Assembly (NCBI GenBank): GCA_048885865.1
Contig: JBHLLF010000055.1
Span: forward strand, 1 to 14,861
DNA from: Candidatus Hermodarchaeota archaeon
Lineage (GTDB): Archaea > Asgardarchaeota > Thorarchaeia > Thorarchaeales > Thorarchaeaceae
Length of the DNA stretch: 14,861 nucleotides
Reading direction: 5' to 3'
Position 1 is the stretch's first letter. Each line of letters begins with the position of its first letter. The position numbers and the translations under genes are program-made. Of this stretch, positions 7,054 to 14,802 are shown piece after piece. The notes under the pieces were generated by a model. The model saw only the letters and a list, made by a program, of their open reading frames with translations, had not been told where the DNA came from and made no database searches.

Positions 7054-7283
7054 AACCTTTATATACCTAGGTTCCACTCCCCTATTTTTCCCCCGCTACA
7101 CTGCGTATAGCTTCCTTTTGATATAAGTATTTTGACAAGTCCGTCCATTCGATTTCTGTCACCAGCCGTTCCTTTTTTCGCAAGAGACATGTTATTCTCA
7201 CTATATGGTATGCAACAACACATCAGTTTCACCCAATAGAATGAGAAAAACATACTATCCTCATACATACATATGGTAATACC

Positions 7284-8057
7284 CTACTTGGATCTGATTT
7301 CCGATTCGATTTCATCTGTGTCTGAATAGAGCCGCCACTCGGAAACTAGATTATCTCGTATCTCTGCTGTCCAGAGAATGGTTTCCTTATCTTCTACCTC
7401 TGGAGCTACATGTGACCCCGTGGTCTTTCCAAGAATAGCGACACCGCTACCACTAGTTATGACATGCTTCACATGAATCTTATATTCGGGGTTTTCTGCA
7501 AAATAGTCATGCCACCCATCTCTCCCTTGGTAGGCATCTCCTCTGTAGTCGATTAGAGTGAAGTCTTCAGTCTGAAGCGCCATCAAGCTGTCAGAGTCTC
7601 CAGCATTTATGGCATCGACAAATCTGAGAGCAACTAATTTGGCCTTCTCAAGTTTCTCAATGTGCTCCTTAGTCCTCTCTCCAATGTTGGCAGCCTCTCG
7701 GATTTCATGGACATCGGAATAAATCCTCCATTCAGCTATCAGATTTTCCTGGACCTGTGCAATCCATAGGATTTTCCAAGCTCTCTCCACCTCGGGGCCA
7801 ACATGGCATCCGGTTGTCCTACCGATGATTGCCGCTCCGTTTCCACTATTTGCAATGTGATCTATGTGAATCTTGTATTTGGGATTCTTCTCGAAGTAGC
7901 TATACCAGTCATCTCGACCCCTAGTTATATCGCCATCGTAGTCGATGAATGTGAAGTCCTCAGCTTCATGCATCATGAGGTCTTCACCATCTCCAGCATT
8001 GATGCATTCCACAAACTCGCGTACTAAAGATCCGGAATCTTCTCTGGCTTTGGTCAT
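7284..8057 (-). CDS. Tandem double-domain NTF2-like/SnoaL-like protein
   Basis: Two ~101-aa copies of FV..INAGD...EDFT.IDY.GD...GRD.W..YF..NP.YKIH...ILW.A....NL..EWR.YSD. ATG 8057 has a GAGG SD upstream; the track starts at 8108. Confidence 0.88.
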   Translation of the reverse strand: MTKAREDSGSLVREFVECINAGDGEDLMMHEAEDFTFIDYDGDITRGRDDWYSYFEKNPKYKIHIDHIANSGNGAAIIGRTTGCHVGPEVERAWKILWIAQVQENLIAEWRIYSDVHEIREAANIGERTKEHIEKLEKAKLVALRFVDAINAGDSDSLMALQTEDFTLIDYRGDAYQGRDGWHDYFAENPEYKIHVKHVITSGSGVAILGKTTGSHVAPEVEDKETILWTAEIRDNLVSEWRLYSDTDEIESEIRSK

Positions 8058-8117
8058 ACTATTCCTCAATATGATGTTCGTTCTTTTAGGAGATAAAATG
8101 ACCGACATAGGAAATCT

Positions 8118-8393
8118 CTAGGATGATGCGTACTTCTTTCCCTTCTCAGTCACATAGTAGGACTTGCCACTTGGTCCATCAGGTTGGCATCCAGCAGCGC
8201 TTGGACAGCCGGCACAATGATGGTCAGTTGCTTCAACACAATCACCCACCCTTAGAAGACCTCTATCTAGAAGCATCTCTAGCATGTCCTCTAGGGTTTC
8301 GAGTTGCACACCAACGGCTCTAGCCAGCTCTGGTTTACTGATGACATTTTCCTGCAGCATGATTTGAAGGACCTTCTTCAACAAGTCAATCAT
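8118..8393 (-). CDS. FeoC-like winged-helix protein with a Cys cluster
   Basis: HTH (ELARAVGVQLETLEDMLEMLLDRGLL), C-x7-C-x2-C-x5-C in the wing, and wHTH end motif YYVTEKGK. It is the last gene of the feo cluster. Start is ATG 8393 or TTG 8384. Confidence 0.8.
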   Translation of the reverse strand: MIDLLKKVLQIMLQENVISKPELARAVGVQLETLEDMLEMLLDRGLLRVGDCVEATDHHCAGCPSAAGCQPDGPSGKSYYVTEKGKKYASS

Positions 8394-8847
8394 CCCCCAG
8401 GAGATGTTGTGTGAAGTCCCCTTCAGTTTCACCTTCAAGTGCCCTGGCAATTCCAAAAATCAGGAGGACAATGAAAAACAACCATACTGTAGGAGTGATA
8501 TCTAGAAGAGGAGTCCAAGCAACCCAATCTTCAAACCCGAGAATCCATCCAAGAGAGTTCGTACTCAGAATGACCAACTGCAACACAAACAATATGCCTG
8601 CTAGGAAGATGCCAACCGCAATGTAGGCAAAACCTTCTCTTTCACCTCTATGGAGTGGCTTCACCCCAGCCAAAAAGACCATTGAAATTATAATTAGCAT
8701 CAATGAGCTGATTGGATCTGAGGGAACTCGAATTGGAACCGCTATCCCAATGCTAGAGATGAACCATAGAAACCCTCCTGCGAGGTAGACCATTCCCAGC
8801 AAAAATGGGAACGGCCAAGTGGCTCTGTTAACTGTCTTCGCCATCAT
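8386..8847 (-). CDS. Uncharacterised ~4-TM membrane protein within the feo operon
   Basis: Four hydrophobic segments. SD GGAGGCGA (8856-8849) lies directly after the feoB stop and before ATG-ATG (8847/8844), so the track's longer start at 8952 is unlikely. Confidence 0.78.
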   Translation of the reverse strand: MMAKTVNRATWPFPFLLGMVYLAGGFLWFISSIGIAVPIRVPSDPISSLMLIIISMVFLAGVKPLHRGEREGFAYIAVGIFLAGILFVLQLVILSTNSLGWILGFEDWVAWTPLLDITPTVWLFFIVLLIFGIARALEGETEGDFTQHLLGDD

Positions 8848-8855
8848 ATCGCCTC

Positions 8856-10178
8856 CTACTGAACAAAGAATCCTCCAATCAAAACTACCACTAGTGAGAC
8901 TGCATATGCCAGAATCAATTGATACCCTACAGAGAAGCCAGTCCACTTCCATGATCCCGTTTCACTTCTAATGATCCCTACAGTGGCAATACAGGGTGTA
9001 TAGAGGAGAACAAAGACCATCAAGGCCAGCGCTGAAAGCGGGCTGAGCGCTGCTGCAAGTGAAGCACCAATGGCAGCTTCACCTTGCACAGAGTATATGA
9101 TTCCTAGAGCTTCAACCACTATCTCTTTTGCCAGCAAGCCAAAAATCAGAGCTGCTACGATTTGCCACGGAAATCCTTGAGGAGCGAAGACAATTGTGCC
9201 AAGATTCCCAATAATGCCAATAAATGATTCATGTGATTCAGCGCCAAATCCACTTGGTCCAGTGTTAGCAAGGAACCACAGAATAATTGCTCCAGCCAGC
9301 AAGTAGGTTCCGGCTTTTCTAAGGAAAAGATAGCCTCTATCCCAGGCATGCCTAATTGATCCATGGAGTGTTGGTTTCTGATATGTTGGAAGCTCCATGA
9401 TGAGCGGAGAAGATTCTTCCTTTAGAATCGTCTTCTTGAAGATAAGCGCCATAAGAACAGCCATGATAATGCCCAAGAGGTACATTGCAAAGATCATTGT
9501 GCCAGCATAATCAGGAAAGAACACACCAGCGATGAGCACATACACAGGGAGTCTAGCTGCACACGACATCAACGGACTGATGAGAATTGTTGTCAGACGA
9601 TTACTCTCACCATCGACTGTCCTTGCAGCCATTATCGCAGGCACATTGCATCCAAAGCCAAGTAGCATTGGAATGAATGACCTACCATGAAGGCCAATTC
9701 TCATCATAATTCGGTCCATAACAAATGCTGCACGCGCGAGATAGCCGCTGTCTTCCAAGATGGAAATTGCGAGGTACATGAACAGGATAGGCGGGAGAAA
9801 TACGATGATAAATCCAACACCTCCAATTATCCCATCTGTCAGGAGTGAGGCCAGCCACGGAATCGGAATTTGCGCTGTGAGTGTACCTAACCAGGCAAAT
9901 GCCTTCTCAATCATTGCCATGAACACTAAGGATGCTGTAAATGTGAAGTGAAACATCGCCCACATTATGACCATGAAGATGGGCAATCCGAGGTAACGGT
10001 GAACCAACACACTATCCAACATATCACTTAGAGTCCACTTCTCTTCACCAGGTTCATACACCTCACAGAGTATCTCTCCGATAATTTCGTATCGACGGTC
10101 TGCAAGGACAATTTGCGGATCCAATTCATCATCAAAGTCCTCCTCCTCGGAGATTGTGGTCTCTGGAGTTTCGGTCAA
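8856..10178 (-). CDS. feoB: FeoB membrane (gate/permease) part, split gene
   Basis: LEDSGYLARAA, GFGCNVPAIMAAR, PLMSCAARLPVY, MELPTY, AKEIVV and LYTPCIAT motifs. TTG start with SD GGAGGT. Confidence 0.95.
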   Translation of the reverse strand: MTETPETTISEEEDFDDELDPQIVLADRRYEIIGEILCEVYEPGEEKWTLSDMLDSVLVHRYLGLPIFMVIMWAMFHFTFTASLVFMAMIEKAFAWLGTLTAQIPIPWLASLLTDGIIGGVGFIIVFLPPILFMYLAISILEDSGYLARAAFVMDRIMMRIGLHGRSFIPMLLGFGCNVPAIMAARTVDGESNRLTTILISPLMSCAARLPVYVLIAGVFFPDYAGTMIFAMYLLGIIMAVLMALIFKKTILKEESSPLIMELPTYQKPTLHGSIRHAWDRGYLFLRKAGTYLLAGAIILWFLANTGPSGFGAESHESFIGIIGNLGTIVFAPQGFPWQIVAALIFGLLAKEIVVEALGIIYSVQGEAAIGASLAAALSPLSALALMVFVLLYTPCIATVGIIRSETGSWKWTGFSVGYQLILAYAVSLVVVLIGGFFVQ

Positions 10179-10993
10179 ATGGAAACCTCCAAAACACGCT
10201 CCCTGATGGAAGGATTTTGAATCATCAATAGAATCTCGTCGTCTCTCTCTAGGATTCTAAGTGCTAGCCATCTAGGCGGAAATCTATCCAGCAGTTCTTT
10301 TTCGTCCTCTAGTATTCCAACAATCTCCTTCAATTTGATTTCAATGTCTGGTCCATACTTAATGGAAGGAGGCCTAAGTCGTTCATAATCTCCATGATGG
10401 TGGTGTATTGGATGATAGTGAAGATGGTCGTCGTTATTTGGCTCCCCCACTGAATGCGGAGCAGAGTGTAGCACATCTCCCTTGCGGTCCCCTAGAAGAC
10501 CCTCTGGCAACGCTTTCAAGATTGCTTCCCGCAACTCATCCATTCCGGCCTTCTTAGTGGCAGTCGTGACGACAACTGGAACACCCAATCGCTGTGAGAG
10601 CAGATCTATGTCGATGTTGTCACCCCTCGATTGAACAACATCAAACATATTGAGAACAATAACCAGATTCACTTGCATTTCAATCAGCAGTAGTGTCAGA
10701 TACAAATTCCTTTCCAGCTGAGAGGCATTCAGAATGTCGACAACCACGTCAGGTCGATGGTCTATCAGAAATTCTCGAGCGACTTCTTCATCATCTGCTA
10801 GCGCGCTAAGACTGTAAACCCCAGGTAAATCAATGACCTCGAACTCATAACCTTTGTAGTCGTAGAATCCTTCCTTGACTTCAACTGTCTTTCCAGGCCA
10901 ATTGCCTGTATGTTGCTTCATGCCTGTGAGATTGTTGAAGATTACCGACTTGCCAACATTGGGATTACCGATGAGCGCAATTTTCATCCTCAA
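10175..10993 (-). CDS. feoB: FeoB N-terminal GTPase domain plus part of the helical (GDI-like) domain, split gene
   Basis: G1 GNPNVGKS, G2 GNWPGKTV, G3 DLPG, LERNLYLT, G4 NMFD and RWLALRILERD. Confidence 0.95.
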   Translation of the reverse strand: MRMKIALIGNPNVGKSVIFNNLTGMKQHTGNWPGKTVEVKEGFYDYKGYEFEVIDLPGVYSLSALADDEEVAREFLIDHRPDVVVDILNASQLERNLYLTLLLIEMQVNLVIVLNMFDVVQSRGDNIDIDLLSQRLGVPVVVTTATKKAGMDELREAILKALPEGLLGDRKGDVLHSAPHSVGEPNNDDHLHYHPIHHHHGDYERLRPPSIKYGPDIEIKLKEIVGILEDEKELLDRFPPRWLALRILERDDEILLMIQNPSIRERVLEVSI

Positions 10994-10997
10994 CTGG

Positions 10998-11378
10998 CTA
11001 AGGCACCTCCCTAACGAGTATCCTACAAGCCATGTGATGTCCGAGTGCTATTCGTGTCCCTCTAACCTCGATCAATACTGGACCATGCCCGCCACTTTGC
11101 ACTACTGTAAAGGTGCATCCTCGTGTTATGCCAAGGTCTAGCAGTCTTCGCATAAAGCCGCGGCCCTTTTCCTTCCTTGAATGCCTGAATCTGCAATCAT
11201 CATCCAGATTCGATACTTCGCGGAAATGCTTCCCACGATGGTGCCTTCTTATGGGTGGGACATGTCGACTATGTTTTAGTCCTTCTATGCCAAGAAGTAC
11301 GCATTTGGTACCTGGACTGACAGATACAAGCCTCTTCGCATTGTATTCTTCTAGAACCGGCGTAGCTTCTTCTCGCAC
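10998..11378 (-). CDS. feoA: FeoA family protein with a His/Arg-rich insertion
   Basis: RRLLDLGI..G..F.VV...GPVLIEVRGTRIALG..MA..ILV. The likely start is GTG 11378 after SD-like GGGGCGA; the track's ATG 11408 lies inside the operator palindrome. Confidence 0.9.
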   Translation of the reverse strand: MREEATPVLEEYNAKRLVSVSPGTKCVLLGIEGLKHSRHVPPIRRHHRGKHFREVSNLDDDCRFRHSRKEKGRGFMRRLLDLGITRGCTFTVVQSGGHGPVLIEVRGTRIALGHHMACRILVREVP

Positions 11379-11393
11379 ACAGATCGCCCCACA

Positions 11394-11417
11394 AAAAGTT
11401 AGATACATCTAACATTT
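11394..11417. promoter_or_regulatory. Palindromic operator, DtxR/MntR-family-like (TTAG-N6-CTAA)
   Basis: GTTAGAT-AC-ATCTAAC (11398-11413) is a perfect inverted repeat with AAAA/ATTT flanks. It sits at the predicted feoA transcription start. Confidence 0.75.
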
Positions 11418-11434
11418 CTCTGATTCAGTTGCCT

Positions 11435-11449
11435 GATATAAGCATTTTC
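11435..11449 (-). promoter_or_regulatory. BRE-TATA promoter of the feo operon
   Basis: The minus strand reads GAAAATG-CTTATATC, about 22 nt upstream of the palindrome. Confidence 0.6.
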
Positions 11450-11512
11450 AAATGAGCTCTGAATGCAAATGCTATCTACCGCAACTATTACATATTGAAT
11501 TAGTATCTTGAA

Positions 11513-12910
11513 ATGGGAAATCCTATGTCCTTCTACAAGACTCCCTTGAAGTATGGAACCACAGTTATTGATGAGTTCATCCCAAAGACACTCAGCGATG
11601 TAACTGTGCTAGAGATTGAGGAATACAAGCCCGACTTCTCGGACTTTGAGAAGAAGCTTGATGATGTATTGGCTAATCCGATTGGTTCCAAGCCATTTGA
11701 TGACCTAGTCGGTGAGATCTACTCTGAAGGCAAGATTGTGATGTTTATTATAGACGACAATACTCGTCCAAACACACATACTCGAATTCTATTACCGATA
11801 TTGGCAAAGCGACTCTTAACCCTTGGTGTCAGAAAGGAAGATATCCGAATCATAATTGCTTGTGGCACACACAAAAAGCCCACTGCAGAAGCAATTGAGA
11901 AACGAATACTAGGAACAACACTCTATGGCGAGTGGAAGGACAATGTGCTTATACATGACAGCGATACAGGAAACCGTCATCTTGGAAAGACAAAGAAGGG
12001 AGCGCCAATCCTTGTAGATGAACAGGTGCTTGGTGCTTCATTGCTTATTCCGGTAAGCGATTCGGAATATCATTACTTTGCTGGACAGGCTGGAACGGTG
12101 AAGCTGTTCTGCCCAGGAGTTGCAGGCCGAGAAACAATTCGTGTCAACCATCCGCGTATGTTTGATGTAGAGCGAGGGTTTGTCCCTGGATGCAGATTGG
12201 GCAATACACAGGGAAACCCAGTTATCGAGGAGATGATAGAGGTCGCAAATAGTGTCAAGCAGAAGCTCCCAATGTTTTGCATTGACACCATAGTGCATCA
12301 TGGTGAGATCGTCTATGTTCAAGCCGGCGACCTCATTGAATGCCATAAGGCTGCATCAGGACCACTTCGAAAACTGCGAGTCGTTGTAACTGATGAACCG
12401 GGTGACATAGTTTTTGTGTCAGTTGGAGAGCTCGGACTCAACCTGTATCAAGCTGGCAAGGGGATTCACGCCGCCTGGAATGCAGTTCGTCATGACATGA
12501 AAGGATGGATAGTCTTGCTGGCTCCTTGCCAGGAGGGTATTGGAAGTGCTGGGTATGAGGAAGCCATGCAAGCAGTAAAAGGCATGATGGTCAAAGATGC
12601 TCTCAAATATGTCATCGAAAACTACGGGTCGGAACAAACATTCCAGATTGGTAACCAAAAGCCTCCTGACTTATTCAGAATATTGTTGGATGTTGCGGAA
12701 CACAATATCAAAGTAGTCACGCAACTAGATCCAAAGGAACTGGCAGAAGTCTATCGAATGGACGCAAAGAATCCTGAAAGCCCTGAGGATGCTCAGCGAG
12801 TGCTACGTGAAATAATCGAACAATTCGTGAGTGAGAATCCGGATATTCCGAATCCGAAAGTATACGTGCTTGATGATCCCGGGCTTCTAATTGAAGTCAA
12901 GAATCGCTAG
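11513..12910 (+). CDS. larA: LarA-family nickel-pincer-dependent alpha-hydroxy acid racemase/epimerase
   Basis: DDNTRP, ACGTH, HD, HYFAGQAGTVK..PG, NH and NLYQAGKG match the order of the LarA catalytic and cofactor-binding motifs. The substrate cannot be determined from sequence. Confidence 0.9.
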   Translation: MGNPMSFYKTPLKYGTTVIDEFIPKTLSDVTVLEIEEYKPDFSDFEKKLDDVLANPIGSKPFDDLVGEIYSEGKIVMFIIDDNTRPNTHTRILLPILAKRLLTLGVRKEDIRIIIACGTHKKPTAEAIEKRILGTTLYGEWKDNVLIHDSDTGNRHLGKTKKGAPILVDEQVLGASLLIPVSDSEYHYFAGQAGTVKLFCPGVAGRETIRVNHPRMFDVERGFVPGCRLGNTQGNPVIEEMIEVANSVKQKLPMFCIDTIVHHGEIVYVQAGDLIECHKAASGPLRKLRVVVTDEPGDIVFVSVGELGLNLYQAGKGIHAAWNAVRHDMKGWIVLLAPCQEGIGSAGYEEAMQAVKGMMVKDALKYVIENYGSEQTFQIGNQKPPDLFRILLDVAEHNIKVVTQLDPKELAEVYRMDAKNPESPEDAQRVLREIIEQFVSENPDIPNPKVYVLDDPGLLIEVKNR

Positions 12911-13241
12911 TTCTAGCAAATGTGAATGGGGAAAAAGCATACAAAGCAAGAAGAATTTCAATCAGAATCCAGAGACCACTCTGAAACAACGTCAAGTAAA
13001 GGATGCTGTCCACAAGATTCGCCATTACTATGATCTCCAATGGGCCAGGATACACAGGTATAGGGAATAAGGCTCCTGGAGGTCCACCAGACCACCATAC
13101 CCCTGATGCCCAATCTCCTCTCATGAATCGTGATGCCGTGTACATCCAAAAAACATAGACCATCAATATAATCGATAGAATCCTAAGTTTGCTGGATATC
13201 GGATTGAGAGGTCTCCTAACCATTGAGAATCCGCTTGACAT
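12897..13241 (-). CDS. Small hypothetical membrane protein
   Basis: 2-3 hydrophobic segments around a W/G/P-rich loop (GDWASGVWWSGGPPGALFPIPVYPGP). GGAGA SD lies upstream. It fills the gap between larA and cysS. Confidence 0.65.
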   Translation of the reverse strand: MSSGFSMVRRPLNPISSKLRILSIILMVYVFWMYTASRFMRGDWASGVWWSGGPPGALFPIPVYPGPLEIIVMANLVDSILYLTLFQSGLWILIEILLALYAFSPFTFARTSDS

Positions 13242-13365
13242 TGCTGAATCTCCAATCAGATATCATTCCATACTGACATAATCATTTGTTCCTACGCAAG
13301 GTTTGTGCCGAAGGCCTTTGAGACCCTCGGCAGTGAAAATGATTTTTTGACATGGTTGGACCTGG

Positions 13366-14802
13366 CTAGTCCATCTTCCACGTAGGACCATCCTTTGTAT
13401 CTGTCACCGTGATTCCCAGTTCAGCTAGTCGGTCACGGATTCTGTCAGACGTAGCATAGTCCTTTGATTTTCTCGCATTCTCCCTGATCTCGAGAAGCAG
13501 CTCAACAGTGCCTTTCAGGGCTTCAGCAGAAGCTCCTGAATCAGTTCCAGCTCCAGTCTCCCCAAGGTCTACACCAAGGATTTCAACTAGCTCGCTAAGA
13601 ACAGCCAGCGCTTCTCTGAGTACCGCTGCTCCCCCGACATTGGGAGTATGAGTGTTGATCTCTCTCACAAAGGTGAATATCTCAGCTAGGGCACCAGGCG
13701 TGTTAAAGTCATCATCCATCTCCTTCTCAAAACCTACACGGACCTTCTTTGCAGCCTCAGCCAATTTCTTGTCCGCATCGGCTTCGCGACTTCCGGACCG
13801 TTCGAGGATGAGGATGCGCCCTCTGAGATTGTCAGCAGCGTTCTTTATTCGCTCTAGAGACTGAATGGCTTGCTTGATAGCTGTGTCATTGTAATCCAGA
13901 GGTTGTCTATACTGCCCTGAGACCAGGTATAGGCGAACCGATTGGTGATCATAGTTGTCGAGGACTTCTCTTGCAGTGAAGAAGTTGCCTTCTGATTTGG
14001 ACATCTTCTCGGTATTAATGGTCAGGAAGCCATTATGCAACCAGTACTTCACTGGGGTCTCTACACCGTAAGCTGCAAAGGACTGCGCTATCTCATTCTC
14101 ATGATGCGGGAATATGAGGTCCTGTCCTCCACCATGAATGTCGAATGGGAGACCTAAGTAATGCCTTCCCATGACCGAACATTCGGCATGCCAGCCCGGC
14201 CGTCCCTTTCCCCAAGGGCTGTCCCATGAGGGCTCCCCTGGCTTCTCAGCTTTCCATAATGCAAAGTCTCGTGGATCTGTCTTCTTCTCATCCACTTCAA
14301 CTCTGGCACCTGCTGAGGAATCATCGGTGGAGATCTTGGAGAGTACGCCATACTTCTCAAGTTCGCTTACATCGAAGTAGACGTCGCCATCAACAACGTA
14401 TCCCTTTCCATTCTTCACAATGAGGCTAACCATCTCGATAATGTCGTCGATATGCTCAGTTGCACGAGGGTTGATTGTTGCGGGCTTGAGATTCAGCTGG
14501 TTTGCAATTAGCAAATACTCAGCAATGAATTTGCTAGACAGCTCTTGAACTGAGATACCATCTTCACTTGCACGGTTGATCATCTTGTCGTCGACATCAG
14601 TGAAATTGGTGGCATAATAGACTCGATATCCACGATACTCAAGGTAGCGACGGATAGTGTCAAACACTGCAAATGACCTGGCATTGCCTATGTGAGGATA
14701 GTCATACACTGTCGGACCACACACGTACATGCGCACGTTATTTCCATCAAGTGGTTTGAATTCCTCTTTGGCACGTTTTAGAGTGTTGTAGACTTGTAGC
14801 AT
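13366..14802 (-). CDS. cysS: Cysteine--tRNA ligase
   Basis: MYVCGPTVY, HIGN, DFALWK, GRPGWHAECS, FPHHENE, KMSKS, DDDFNTP and SDRIRDRL. The typical start MLQVYNTL is at ATG 14802. Confidence 0.98.
   Translation of the reverse strand: MLQVYNTLKRAKEEFKPLDGNNVRMYVCGPTVYDYPHIGNARSFAVFDTIRRYLEYRGYRVYYATNFTDVDDKMINRASEDGISVQELSSKFIAEYLLIANQLNLKPATINPRATEHIDDIIEMVSLIVKNGKGYVVDGDVYFDVSELEKYGVLSKISTDDSSAGARVEVDEKKTDPRDFALWKAEKPGEPSWDSPWGKGRPGWHAECSVMGRHYLGLPFDIHGGGQDLIFPHHENEIAQSFAAYGVETPVKYWLHNGFLTINTEKMSKSEGNFFTAREVLDNYDHQSVRLYLVSGQYRQPLDYNDTAIKQAIQSLERIKNAADNLRGRILILERSGSREADADKKLAEAAKKVRVGFEKEMDDDFNTPGALAEIFTFVREINTHTPNVGGAAVLREALAVLSELVEILGVDLGETGAGTDSGASAEALKGTVELLLEIRENARKSKDYATSDRIRDRLAELGITVTDTKDGPTWKMD

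Noticed and set aside
7059-7268. 69-aa minus-strand ORF in the tfb upstream region
   Set aside because: No recognisable motif, and it runs through TATA elements and an inverted repeat. It cannot be supported, though it is not strictly excluded.
10170-10200. Programmed -1 frameshift joining the feoB halves
   Set aside because: There is no X-XXY-YYZ slippery heptamer. The SD plus overlapping start/stop fits re-initiation better.
13242-13365. SECIS element or tRNA in the cysS downstream spacer
   Set aside because: No neighbouring gene has an in-frame TGA needing recoding, and there is no cloverleaf or T-loop motif.
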